A DNA stretch of 64,000 bases from assembly GCA_013239625.1 (NCBI GenBank), contig MU053758.1, positions 2,356,001-2,420,000 on the forward strand, written 5' to 3'. The notes below the pieces were generated by a model that had not been told where the DNA came from, did no database searches, and worked only from the letters and a program-made list of their open reading frames with translations. Made by a program: the position numbers and the translations under genes. Positions 13,111 to 25,729 of this stretch are shown piece after piece. Numbering within the stretch: position 1 is the first letter of the stretch; every line of letters begins with the position of its first letter. The DNA is from Lama guanicoe (Eukaryota).

Positions 13111-14069
13111 TCACCAACAGCCTTGGTGCCTACCTCAGGCTCTGGCACAAATTTCTTACCTGAATGGATGTGCAGAAAGAGAAAGGTAAGTGGACAAGAG
13201 ACAGAAGATGAGGCCCAGACTTCCTAATGCTATGGATGCAGGCTTTCTTTTGCCAAAGCCCCCTTACCACCTCTCTAATCCTTCCCCACCACCCCTGACC
13301 CCTAGTTGCAGAAGCTTGGAATCTCCCCCAGTCTGCAGCCCCCTGCCAACTACTGCTGCTCAGAGGGGTGGCACAGTGCCTGGACTTCAGGCAGGAGATA
13401 TCAAATCACAGAACTAGAGGGACCTCTGAAGTTCACCTCTTCTAGCCCTCTGCCCACATACAGGCCTGCCCATGAGGACAGGGCAGATAGGGTCACGGTA
13501 GTGAGCAGCAAAGGGAGAAGTAGCCATCTCTTACTTCACCTACCCTTTCTCCTCATGTCTTACACGATTTGTGTCGGGAAGTCCTTACTCAAGTCTAACC
13601 TTCCAGACATGCTGTAATGAAAGCTGGCCAAGGTAAGAAGTCCTGTGAATCAGTCCTAGTTGTCCAAAATATAAAATGAGATTTTGGCTAAGTCCCTTCA
13701 CCTCTGTGGGCCTTTAATTTTTCATCTTTAAAATGGGGTCGGTAATGATGATAATATCATCTCACAGGGTTGGGCAGGGGGTGGTAAATAACAGCAGGAA
13801 AGAAGCATCTAACCCTGGAGCAAGGCAGGTGCTGTGAGAATATTTTGTAACAGCCTCTCAGCCCTCCAGCCGAAGCCCTTCATCCTGGGTAACACAGGGC
13901 TTTGCTCACCTCAGCCAGTCTGGTCTGCCTTGCGCGCTAGACTGTGAACTCCTCTTGGCAGGACCTCGTTCAATTTTTAATCACTGCCCATTCCCCCTCC
14001 CCAGTGTGTCTAGACTGGGTTTGGGCGCATAGGCTCAATCTACATTTGATAAATAAACGAGTGAGGGCA

Positions 14070-14292
14070 TGAGTCGGACCCCCAAATCCCGAGAGGCACA
14101 GAGCCTGATTCCCACCACCAAGGGCACGACCCTTTCCCCTGGGGTCCAGGAGGCGGCGGGGGCGAGGAAAGTAAGCGCTACAGCTTTAAGATTTCTCTCG
14201 GGCGTCCCGGTTGCCAAGGCGCGGTTGCCAGGGGCCTGCGCGGAGCAGCGTCCTGCCTCCTCCCGCCGGCTCCGGGCTTCCGTCGTCGCCGC

Positions 14293-14329
<37 letters not shown>

Positions 14330-14760
14330 GCCGCGGCGGCTCGGCTCCTCCGAACCGTCTGGCGGACTTGGCATCGGCCCCGGCTCTTCAGTGCCCCCGC
14401 GGTGCGTGGCAGGCTGCGGCTTCATTATCCTGATTGATTCCTCCTGCTCCCCGACACCGTGGGGGCCCCGGCCAAGGAAGGGGGGGCCGAGGCGGCATCT
14501 GCGGGCCCGCTTTCCCGGCCTTTGCCCCCAGTCTCTCCTCGAGCTGCCGGCCCCACGATGCCCTGCTGCGGCCGGCCAGGCAGGGCGGGGAGGGAGAGCC
14601 GATCGGCTTTTGACCCCTGGGGGGCCGGGAGGGCCCCAAAGAGGAACCGAGCTGTGTCCGGCTCCGTATCTGGCCCGAGATGCCCTCTGTGGGCCACTAA
14701 CATCGCCGGTCTTAGGCCTGCCCTCAGCCGAGGTTTTGCCCCTTCCCCCGGAGGATATGG
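14070..14760. promoter_or_regulatory. Orphan CpG island with promoter-like features
   Basis: Very high GC and CpG density, a CCG repeat, tandem GTTGCCA (RFX-like) half-sites at 14210 and 14224, and a possible splice donor GCG|GTGCGT at 14401/14402. Confidence 0.7.
14293..14328. repeat. (CCG)12 trinucleotide repeat
   Basis: Direct count of 12 uninterrupted CCG units. Confidence 0.9.
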
Positions 14761-16515
14761 ATGGTTTGGGGTGGGGAAGGAGCACAGTGATGGACTGAGA
14801 ACTTTAGGAGAACAAGCCTCGGCAAAACGGGAAAGGTGACATATTTGATCACGTGGGCCAAGACAGGGTGACACGGGTCTTATCACTTGCTTCCCTGGGT
14901 GCCTTAAGTACAGTTCTTAGGGGAAGTAGGGGCAGGATCTGCCCAAACACCACAGGACACAGCAAAGATCTGAGCTCAAGGAAGGCCAGAGGCCTCTGTG
15001 AACTAGACAACCTGTCCCCACGTCTAGCAGGGGATGGTCTGGCCATGAATTCATGGCCTGGAGGAAACCAAGTGCTGAGGTGAGGCCTCAGTGGAAAGAG
15101 CATCTGGGCCAGGCCCTAGATTAGAGGGTCTTAGTTCAGCTACTTGGTTTGTGACTTGGGCAAGTCACTTTACCTTTCTCAGCCTTGGTTTATTCATCTG
15201 TTAAATGGGGTTAAGACTTCCCTGACAGTTGTCAATTTCTGAATGGAATAATATGTTGATAGCAGGACCCTACCTAAATTCTCTGGCAAGAAAAGAAAAA
15301 GGAAATGAGGGACTGGCTTCCATCCCTGCTGCTATGTTGGGTGGATCCTCCTGTCTCCTTGAAGGAGTTGTCTCCTTAGTATGCTTAAATCCCTTTTTAA
15401 TTGGAGGAAGACCTGGAACCTTCCAGCCAGAGATGCTTCCTTGGCAGGGTAGAGGGGCAAAACTTCTCTCCACCTCATTGGCATGGCATGGACTTAATTT
15501 CTAAAATCACATCAGGCTCTCCACCACTCCTGTGCCTCTCTGTGGGGAGCCTCTTCCTACAAGCCCTGACAGTCTCCCTCTGGTGCCTAGGCCCTGAACT
15601 GTCCAAAGACCAAACCTGGGAAGTTTCTTACACAGACTTGACCCTTTTGGCCAACTCCAATCTTTAGCTGTCTGTCCTCAGTCCTGGGAAAGAGGAAGCT
15701 GGTGAAGCATTTGAGGCCAGTTTTTCCAGACCTGTGGCAATCATGTTTGTGAACATGATTTAGGCCATTCTGGCAACTCCATGCCTATCTCTGAATGTGT
15801 TTCCTCATCGGTGAGTTCATTAATTTGTTCTTCCTATCCATATTCCCTGGGTGACCACACTGGGGCAGAATGGTGCACACAGCAGGTGGGAGTGTGGAAA
15901 TAACACCGAGTGGGTGGGAAGAACTCCACTCTGAAGCCGCTGATCTTCTGAGGGGAAAACAGACACACATGCCAGCCTCTCCGATACAAGGGTATTTGCT
16001 TCAGGAGGATCTCCCATGCTAGAACATTCCACAGTGTCATGATGCTTCCCACCTCCTTCCTGAACATAGCAGACTCTTGCTCTGGACTCTTCAGCCAGAG
16101 GCTAATTGCTTTCTTATGGGAAAAGACAGATCCTAAAATTTGAGCCCGGAGCTTTTGTTCATTCCGTTTTATTGGAATTATCTATTTTTATAACAATCAT
16201 GCATTACTTTCATATTCAAGGTAAAAACACAATTAAAACATTCCTAGTTTGGGGGAAAAGATGTCAGAAAAAATTTTTTTCCCTTCTGGTGACCAGAGGC
16301 AGGCCAGCAAATGTATCTAGGCATGCCAGGTCACCCAGGGTCCTTGATCCATGTGGCCCTGTGTATGGCTGCCTCAGTCTACCTACTGACCTGGCTGCCC
16401 ACCTGCCCCTGGCTGGCCTACTCCATCCTCAGCGTTTATAGGCCTGGGCTCCACTTCCTAGTAATACAAACCACGTGGGACCCTCACTGCGGCGTCTCTA
16501 GGCAGAAGGAGCCAT

Positions 16516-16531
16516 AGCCACCTAGTGGCTG
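16516..16531 (-). promoter_or_regulatory. CTCF motif, reverse orientation
   Basis: Minus strand reads CAGCCACTAGGTGGCT, matching the core CCACYAGRKGGC. Confidence 0.5.
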
Positions 16532-17934
16532 CCAGAGAGGCTGGCAGGAAGGGGCATCTCCACCAGGCGTCTCCTGGGAAACAGCGAGCTCCCCAGAGAA
16601 GGGACATTTGGAAATAAAACTCCTGCCTCTGTGTGTTTGTATGTGTGTTGGGGTGGGAGAGGGAGTTAAGAAACCCCCCCGCCAAGGTCCCTCTGCTTTT
16701 CTCTCCAGGGAGAGCCTCTCTCAGCAGCTCTCCTTACTCCTTCCCAAAACTCCAGCTCACTCCCCAGAAACAGTGTAGGTTCATCTGGAACTGGACAGGT
16801 GACCCAGAAAATGTCCCTTCAGATTCATGATGCAGGTGGAGAAGAGCACTGGACTGAGAGCCACCGGCCCGCGTCCTCAGCTGCCCTGCAGCCCTGGTCA
16901 GTTATACCCCTTTTCTGAGTCCTGGGGTGGTCCTCTGTAAAAGAAGGGTACAGGATGAGATGTCCCCATCATTCTTAGTCTCCATGTTGGAGCTCCTCCA
17001 CAAGACCCTAGAATACAGTGAGAGCACTCTAGGCCATTCTTCCCTGCATTTGGAGCAGATACGTAATAGGAATGATTCCTGTGTGACCTTGACTGGTCAC
17101 TTAAACCAGCCTGAGCCCTTCATCTGCACATTTGTTTATTCTGGTGTTTGTGGGTGCTTAATAAGAGTGAAGTCTACACTGACAAGGTTCAGAGACTGCC
17201 CAGATGTCCATGAAAGAGGCATCTCAGACCCCTGTGCCGTACTGCACCAGAGACCAGCTGCAGGCCAGATTCCTCTTGACACGGAGCTGGAGGCCCCTGG
17301 AAACTTCTCTTCCCGTAGTCAACCTAAGGGAGAAGCCATGGTGTCCCTTGGAGAATAGAGGTGGTGGGATGTTCCTGCCCCTCCCCTCTCTCGCACCCAC
17401 ATGGTTCCCTTTGCTCTCCCTTGCTCTTGAGGGACCAAGCCCCCTCCCATCCCAGTCTACCCCTCCCCGATAAAATATGGAATGCCCAGACTGGGGCCAG
17501 GAGTCCTTCGGAATCCACGTGCAGAGGTCAGAGATGCTTGAGTAGGAACAAGTGGCTCTCTCCCAGCTGAAGTGCCCCTCCTCCTGGCCTCACTTCCTAG
17601 AGAGCCCCTTCCTCAAGAGACCTTATATTCTGGGAGAGAGGGGATTGCTGAGAGAGCTCTCCATGCAAGAGACAACTCCCACAACTTTTGAAGGAAACAG
17701 GAGCTCCAGGAAGGAAGAGGGCTGGGGGACCTGCCAGAGACCCAGGGACTCAGGCCTCCTTTGGGTGTCCTCTTAGGAGAAGACATTGACTGGCCTTCAT
17801 GGCCTGACCTGACCTTATGATTTCTCCTGTGGGAGGGGCCAGGGAGTTGGAGGTGGGAGAGAAGAAGGGAGTCGGGGGAGGGCAGGGGAGGGAAGCAGCA
17901 GAAGTGGGGAGGGGGCATGTTGATCTGGATTCTG

Positions 17935-18150
17935 ACTGTCACCTTTATTGGGCACCTACTGTGTGCCAGACAGTGGGCTCTGTCCCAGTTTTACCTGGGT
18001 TGTCTCATCCGGTCCTCACCCCAGCCCTGTGCCAGTGTTATTATCCTGCTCTGACAGAGAAGTAAACTGAGACTCAGAGGCGTTATGTAACTTGCCCAAG
18101 GTCACACAGCTCATCAGCAGTGAAGCCAGGATCCTAGCCCAGGTCTGTCG
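17935..18150 (-). mobile_element. MIR SINE remnant
   Basis: tttattgggcacctactgtgtgccag...aaactgagactcagagg...taacttgcccaaggtcacacagct. Confidence 0.8.
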
Positions 18151-19769
18151 GCCTCCAGTGGGTTCTCTCTGCTGCCAGAAAGTCCTCCTCCTGGAAAAGC
18201 AGGTCTGGGGTTGGGGTTTTCAGTCAGAGCTCATCAGGATCCCCAGAGGCAAATCTATTGTCATCTGCCCTCCTCCTCCTCACCCATCTGCCAGGCAAGT
18301 CGCAGGTGAGCCCCCTGCCACAGCCCCTGCCCCAGCCCCAGGTGCTAGCTCAGCTTTGCCTGGCTCCCTGCCTCTCCCTGGTGCCCCCAAGGTGGCTCTG
18401 AGGTCACCCCTCACCCCAATGCCTTCCATCCTGCATTTCCAGATCTCAGGATGCATAGGAAAAAGCAGAAAGAGAGAGGAGGTCACTTGAAGGTTGGAAG
18501 CAGGGGCTTTGGTCTTGGGCAAAAGATTGGGGGCCTGGTTATCTGCTTTGATTCAAATGAACCCTTTCGCTAGCTCCCACCCCTCACCCTCAGAGACAGC
18601 TAAAGCTTTGCTTAGTTAATGAAATACAAAAGAAGGAATCAGGGGGTGGGGGTGGCTCGAGAGCCCTGAAAAGCGAGGGAGAGAGGAAAAGTTGGGTCTC
18701 TTCCAAAGAGTTAATGTTCCACAGTATGATCGATTAGGTGTCAGATGTAATTTCAAACCAATACAAGATGAATGGCATAATTTTCCCTCTCTCATTTTAG
18801 ACAGAATTAAGAATCCATTAGCTAACACAAATTTTTGGCAAGTTTAATAGGAGCTCAAATCTACATTCAGAGAAAACGTTCCCCAAAGCCTGTTTCAAGC
18901 TTTTACTCCTCAGGCCCCTGGCCTCCAAAGTCCTTCTGACCCTCACAAACCCTCTGTTCTGTCCCCACACGTGGCCCCCTCTCCCTTCCCCTGGTCCCCC
19001 TACATGCCCCTCCCCAGCCCAGCCCAAGATTAACTGGCTTGACCCCTCTCACAAAGGCTGGGCCTGCCCACCATTGTCTTCCAGTGGCAATGGGTGTCGG
19101 GGAAGGGGAGGAGGGCCTGGCAGTAGGCCCAGGAGAAGGGGGAGGCTGTTGAATTGGCCCCAGGCTCCAGACAAACCCTAGGGAAAGGGGTGAATTGGGG
19201 CTTTGGGGCCTTTTGAGTCTCAGCTACTCCTCAGTTTCACCCTTAAAAAGTTCTTGTTTGGGTCCTAGAGAAAGCATTACCCAGTTCATAAGGGGAACTC
19301 AAACCCCATTCTTCCTCAGTATCTCTTGTATTTACTTACATTAATCAATACAGGAACATAGGAGATGGGAAGAATAGCTATCATCCCATTTTACAAATAA
19401 GGAAATTGAGGCTCAGGGTGGAAAGAGGAGCAGCTGATGGAATTCAGCTGGGTCCAAGCGTAGACCTTGGCTCTACTACTATCTCATTTACTAGTGCCCC
19501 AAGGCATTTACCTCAATTTCCTCATCTGTAAAGTGGAAAGACCATTAGTACCCAGGTCATAGGATTACCCTAAGGAACAAGTGAGAAACTCTTGATAAAG
19601 GAGAGCCTTCATGTCTGTCCATCCAGGTGGAGGTGCCAAGTGTCTACTCTGCACCAGCCTATGATTCAGCTCCAGCCTTTGCTCTCTGAGCTCACACCCT
19701 AGTGAGGGAGACACACATGTAGATCAAGCCTTGCCCTGGAAGGCAAGAGAGGCAAGAATAATTACGGCA

Positions 19770-20005
19770 GCTTACCATTCCTGGGCACTTATTCTGTGCC
19801 AAGTGTGGGAGCAAAATCTTTCCATGTAGTAACTCATTTACTCCTCACACCCTTATCAGGTAGATACTATTATCATTACCCCATTTTCCAGATCAGGAAA
19901 TTGAGGCACAGTGAAGTCACTTGCCAGAGGTTACCCAGCTAGGATGTGGCAGAGCTAGAATTCCAACCCAGCCAGCCTGGTCCTGAAGTGCCTGGCTCTT
20001 AGCCA
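19770..20005 (-). mobile_element. MIR SINE remnant
   Basis: ccccattttccagatcaggaaattgaggcacag...cacttgccagaggttacccagcta. Confidence 0.75.
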
Positions 20006-20607
20006 GATGGTGAGCAGAGGTCACGGCTGGGATGGTGGAGCATCAGAACGTGACCGACCCTGCTCAGGGGTCTGGAAAGTCTTTGCAGAGGACAGTCGGC
20101 TTGAATCAGGTCTTAACTGATGAGTAGGAGTTTACTAGGTAGGCAAGGAGAGAAAGAGCATTCTAGGCAGCAAGAACAGCGTGTGCAAAGGCACCAAAAG
20201 AAGTCTCAGCATGGGGGATGATGAGTAACACACTGTGCCAACCAAAACATGGGGTTCATGTAAGATGGCAAGAAACAAGTTTGGATAGGCAGGCCAGGTT
20301 CTTCATCATGACAATCGTGCTTTAAAAACTGGGAAGGTTTTCCTATTGTCTAACTCCTACAGACAGCCTTGCATGCCATTCTCAGAAATTATGACTTCTT
20401 CACGTTGTTATAATAATAGGTAGATCTAGCAACTTCCATGTGCCAAACACTGTATCAATTGCCTTGTTTCTTCATTCAATAACCACACTACCTCCCGTAC
20501 TGTTATCTTCTGCTTTAGATGAGTAAACTGAGGCTCCGGATTATTAAGTACCTTGCCCAAGAGACACAGCTAGTAAGTGACAGAGCTGAGCATCAAAACC
20601 AGGTCTT

Positions 20608-20750
20608 GGGGGGAGGGTATAGCTCAAGTGGAAGAGCACATGCTTAGAATGCATGAGGTCCTGGGTTCAATCCCCAGTACTGCCTCTAAAAATAAATAAA
20701 TAAATAACTAATTACCTCCCCCCAACAACAAAAAATGAAGGAAAAAAAAA
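20608..20750 (+). mobile_element. tRNA-derived SINE resembling camelid vic-1, inserted into a MIR
   Basis: GGGGAGGGTATAGCTCAAGTGG (A box), GGTTCAATCCC (B box), a (TAAA)n-CTAATTACCTCCCC tail and poly-A. Target-site duplication CAGGTCTT at 20600-20607 and 20751-20758. The flanks rejoin into a minus-strand MIR (about 20425-20790). Confidence 0.85.
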
Positions 20751-22254
20751 CAGGTCTTAACTCAGAGCCCATACTCTTAATCACTATGCTTATGTGTCCT
20801 GTTAGGCACTACGGAACTTTGGAGGAATTTTCAGAAGGAAGTGATGGGTTTGTATTGAGTTTAAGAAATAGAATTCTGACAGAATGTAGAGGTTGGATTG
20901 GAATAGGGTAAGATTGGAGGCAGGGAAGCCAATAAGGAAACCGTTGCTCTGGTCTAGATGGAGAGCAATGTGTGGATGGAAGAGAGGGCTTCTTGGATCC
21001 TAAGTAATAATAATCATAATAATACTATTAAGTGCCTGCCCTGTGCCAGAAACTTTCCATGAGCCATCTCCAACTCGTACAATGTTCTTGAGTAAATACT
21101 GTTAGTCTCATCTTATAGATGAGAAACCTGAGGCTCAGAGAGGTTGACAAACTTCTCTGGGTCAGACAGCTATGATCCAGAAGAGCTGGGACTGACCTGA
21201 AGCCCTAGCCTTTCCTTCCATCTCACTGCCAGAAGGTGACTGGGCCACACATCAGAGGTCAGCTCTCCCCTCTTAACGTGGCTTAATTTCCCCTGGGATA
21301 CATACAGAATTGGCCCTCCGCTTTGGCCCCAGCAAGTGGCCTTGAGCTGAGGGATCTGAAAAAAGGTTTGAGGAGCAGTAGAGGAGCAGAGAAGTTGGAA
21401 AGAGTTGGGCTCTGGACCTCTGGAGGGAGAACTGGCAGTCATTTTTATCTGTTTCTGAACATTCAGGAAGATGTACAAGAAGGCATACAGGAAGATAAAT
21501 GCATTTAATTTTCTTAACCCTTAAGTGGGAAACAGGCTTCCTACCTTTATTTCATTGCCCAACATTTGGAAAGTCCTTCCTGCTGTCTAACTCCCATATC
21601 TCCTAATGGAGTCACAAACAACCCCAGTTGCCAGTTTCAAGAAATAGCCCCTGCCCCAGCCATGAGGACATACCTCATCACCTTCCTCATGGGGTGGGAG
21701 TCAGAGGATGGGGGAGTATTCCACCAACTAACCTTCGTGTCATTGCACACCCAGAGGTGGGGTGAGGGTGGCTAGGTTCCCAGGGTATCCCGCTGAAAGG
21801 AGGAAATGACCAAGCCACCTGATCTGTCCCCTCCTCAGCATAGAGGGGAAGGAATAGCAGTGTCTGAGGGGTGAGGGGAGGAGAATGGAGAGGGAGAGAG
21901 GAGTAAAGCAGACGAGGGAGGGGGCGACCTGCTGGGGCCACAGCCTGAAAAACAGACTCCTGCCTTGAAAGTAGGAGATCTCTGAGTTTTGGTAAAATTT
22001 TAGTAAGATTCCTGGGCATTGTAGCCAAGGGCATATAAAGGAACCCATATCCCTGCCTGAGCTAGAAATTGCAGGAACAGGGAACTCCTGGGCCAGCCCA
22101 GGGTCATCTAAGTGAGAAAACTTGGAGAGGGAGTCAGAGAGAATACTTAAGAGAAAATGACCTCCAGGGAAAGAGCTCAAACTTTGGAAGCAAAGGGGCT
22201 CAAGTTAGAATCCAGCCCTCCTGCTGCAAAGACAGAAATACCTGGAGCAAATAT

Positions 22255-22830
22255 GTTCATTTATTTAGCAGATTTTCACTGATGCACTATCATGTACCAG
22301 ACACTGTCTGAGGCTCTAGGATGTTTCTGACAAAGATCTTTGCCTTCAAGGGACTTATATTCTTGCTGAGGAGACAGGCATGATACATCAGTAAACTAGA
22401 TTTATTTTAGAAGATAGTAAGTGCTATGAGGGGGAGAGGTCATAAAAAGGTGGTCTAGATTGGGTGGTGGTCCCATTTTTAAGCAGGGGGTTAGGGTGGG
22501 CCTCACTTAGAAGGGTAGTGTTTGAGCTAAGACCTGCAGGAGGTGAAGAATTTGACACTGTGGATATCCAGGAGCATGCAGCAGACTGGCTGTAAGGCAG
22601 GCCTGGTCCCAAAGGACCCAAAAGGTCCAGTGGACTGGAAGGATCAAGGGAGAGAAGTAGCTGGTGAGGTCTGAGTGAGGGTGGATGGATGCATGGACTG
22701 TATGGGGCCCATAACCCTTTATACAGACTTTGGCTTTTCTCTGGGAATAAAGTGGGGAGCCCTGGTCAAATTTCCAATGGAGGGAAAATATGCTCAGACA
22801 AATATTTCCAAGGATCACTGTAGCTCCTAT
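22255..22830 (-). mobile_element. L2 LINE fragment
   Basis: ttcatttattt...cactatcatgtaccagacactgtc...gtttgagctaagacctg...agactttggcttttctctg. Boundaries are approximate. Confidence 0.65.
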
Positions 22831-23297
22831 AGGAGGAGTACCCTAGGGAGGAGAGTTAGGGGTGAATCAAGAGAAGAAGCAGAGACCAGGGAGATCAGGT
22901 TGCTAAATCTGGCTGAGTCTCAGTTTTCTCATCTGTCAAATGGGAATAAAAATGTGTCCCAGGAGGTATTCAATTGAAGATTTGTGGATCTATCCCCAGT
23001 CTTTGGCAGAGGAGGTTCATTGAAGTCTTGTTGAATGAAAAAATGAATGACTGTCATTCCGTGCCCTCCATACGTACATAACTCATATCCCAAGCCCTAA
23101 AAGAGCTCCTCAGTTGGTTCCAGAAACCACCAAACCTGGATTCTCATCCTGATTAGCTACTCTTCTTCATCTGTAGAATATGAGATAATCAAAGAAATTA
23201 AGAAAAACAAAATAAAACAAAAAAGAAAAAAAACCGGTGATAATTGTACCTACTCCTTGAGATAATTATAAAGGTTAAATAAAACAATGTCTAAACC

Positions 23298-23500
23298 TGC
23301 ATTGCCCAACTGGAAGCCACATGTAGCTATTTAAATTTAAATTAATTTACATTAAATAAAATTTAAAATTTATTTCATCAGTCACATTTAGCCACAGTTC
23401 AAGTGCTTAATAACCTCACATTGGCTAGTGACTACCATATTGCACAGAACAGAAATTGAACACTTCCATCATTGTAGAAAGTTCTAAAAGACAGCACTGG
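23298..23500. mobile_element. hAT-Charlie MITE (MER3/MER33-like)
   Basis: agccacatgtagctatttaaatttaaattaa...tagccacagttcaagtgcttaata...ggctagtgactaccatattg...ttccatcattgtagaaagttct...gacagcactg. Confidence 0.75.
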
Positions 23501-24227
23501 TCCAAAGTACTCAACTCAGGGCCTGGTCCAAGTTGTACGCACAGTAAGTGAACATTTACTGGAGGGCTCATCGTTCGTGGGGGACTCAAGCAGTGAAATG
23601 ACCAATCTTCCAATAGCCTACCAAAGACTGTCATTTGATGTTCTCTAGGGTTGAGTCTGAAAGCTAAGAGTAGGGAAGAGTCAGGGGTTGGTCAGAACAG
23701 GAGAGAAGAAGGAGGGTCAGGTCTACAGGTTAGGGAGTTGGTGTTAAGGATTTCCCACAGGGTGGAGGTTAGAGGAACATGTGCCTGAAACAGGAAGGAA
23801 ATGAAGACCAAGAGGAAAGAGTGAAGAGGCAGAGAAATCCAGACATCTGAAAGCTGGACCCCAGGATAGGTCTTCATTGCCAACTGCTGGAGAATGGATG
23901 CCACTTTTGAGATCCCTGATCTCAATACCTTTATTATTGAGTTTACTCATGTATCCATGCAACATCTGTTTACTGAGCACCTACTATGTACCTGGTCCTG
24001 TCCTAGGTGCTAGGAATTCTACTATAAATAAAGCCGCCACCTTGTATGGAGCTTGTGTACGATGTGGGGTGGGGAAACTAGACAAGAAAATAATAAATGT
24101 GTAACAAACATAGTATGTTAGATGGGAGTATGTATTAAAGAGAAAAACAAAGTGAAGGAGGAGAGGGAAAGGAGGTGCAGTTCTGGATATGGTAGCCAGG
24201 AAAAGCTGTTAGAGAAGGTGATGTTTT

Positions 24228-24420
24228 GTTTTGGTTGCCTAGGGACTACAAGGTGTGGGGGAGTGACTGCTAATGGGTATGAGTTTCTTTTTGGGGTGAT
24301 GAAAATGTTTAGAATTGATTGTGGTGATGGTCACACAGCTCTATAAATATACTAAAAAGCCATTGACTTGTACATCTGAAATAAGTGAATTATGTCTTAA
24401 TAAAGCTATTTTTAAAAACC
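24228..24420 (+). mobile_element. L1MB-like 3' end
   Basis: ggttgcctaggg...gagtgactgctaatgggtatgagtttctttttggggtgatgaaaatgtt...aataaagct. Confidence 0.8.
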
Positions 24421-25729
24421 ACTCTTTTAAACCAACATAATATTGTATGAAACTGTATCTCAGATAAAAAACAAATCAATAAATAATCACTCTGGCTGCC
24501 ACACCAAAAAGAGACTAAAAGGAACAAAGGGCAGAAGGTATATTCATCCAAGAGAAAGGGGACAGTGGCTTGGACCAGGGTGGTTGCTGTGAGGGGATGA
24601 GAAGTGCTCAGATTCTGGATTTATTTTGGAGGAAGAGCAGACAGATTTGCTTTTGAATCTGGTGCGGGATATAAAAGAGCATTGCCAAGGATGACTCCAG
24701 AGTTTTGGGCTTAGGAAACCAGAACCACAGTTGAGAAACTAGAGTCCTGGAAAAGGAGAAGGGCTAGCCAGAGGGCACCAGTCACCAAGAGCAGCACCAG
24801 GACTCTGAAAGGAGGCAATATTTTTAAATTAGATTCTGAGAGCCTGGCCTTTTAATTTGGATTGTAACTCTACCATATTGCAGAACCTCTTGCAGCATCA
24901 GTTTCCTCAGCCTGTCTTTAGGGAACTGCAAAGACTGAGTGGGACAGACCTGACTCATTTAAAGTGCTAGGAGAGCATTTGTTCCTTTTCTTTCCCCTTC
25001 TTTCCTGACCTCCCACCTGATACAGCTCTAAGCCAGCAGCCCAGGAGAGAATGAGGAGGCGGGATATTGCAGACCTCAGGCCCCAGAGGGAGTGCTGGGC
25101 TGGGGTCTGGGCGTTGCTCCCAGCTGTCTGAGCCCTGCAGTGGGGAGAGTAGTGGGAAAGCATACTCATCCTACTCATCCCCCCTGAACCTGAACCATGG
25201 GCAGGGTGGGTCCTGTGCCTCCACCTTCTCTGGGGGCAGAAAGGCTGATGCTGGTACATTTGAGATTGGCAGAGGATAATCTCTGAGCCAGTTCTTCCCA
25301 AACCAGTGGGAGATTCTAGGAAGCGTTTAATTACTGCCTCAGAGTGGATGCTAGGTTAATGTGATGATTTGAAAGGTGTATTTTTCAATTACATTTAACA
25401 AAAAGATTTATAGTCAAGTAAAATATAATTAGGAGGCTGCCAGCAGACAGGCCTCCTGAGAGGAAGAAAGAGAGATGAAACAGACTCCTAATGGGGCAGG
25501 TTGGAGCCCAGGCTACAGGACCTGCTTGCCCTTCCCACTCCCCACCCCACCCCCCACCCTATCTCAAAGATGTCAAAGTACTCATCAATTCAACCATTCA
25601 AACACAGTGGCTAACTACCTACTCCATGCTGCACCCAGAAGTTGCCAAGGGAACAGAACAAATACTACAGTCCTGCCCTCAGAGAGCATACAGACCAATA
25701 GGAGAGGCAGACAAAACCCATATCAACGT

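Noticed and set aside
1..14000. CDK12 3' exons, expected by synteny to the left
   Set aside because: No ORF or exon with recognisable CDK12 sequence was seen. The coding part must end before the window.
14069..14886. Overlapping 120-199 aa ORFs with poly-Ala or poly-Arg
   Set aside because: These are stop-poor frames produced by the CpG island and the CCG repeat, open on both strands and with no recognisable domain.
20608..20690. tRNA gene (also at 53350-53428 and 55114-55170)
   Set aside because: The tRNA-like heads carry A-rich tails, target-site duplications and degraded stems. They are SINEs, not functional tRNAs.
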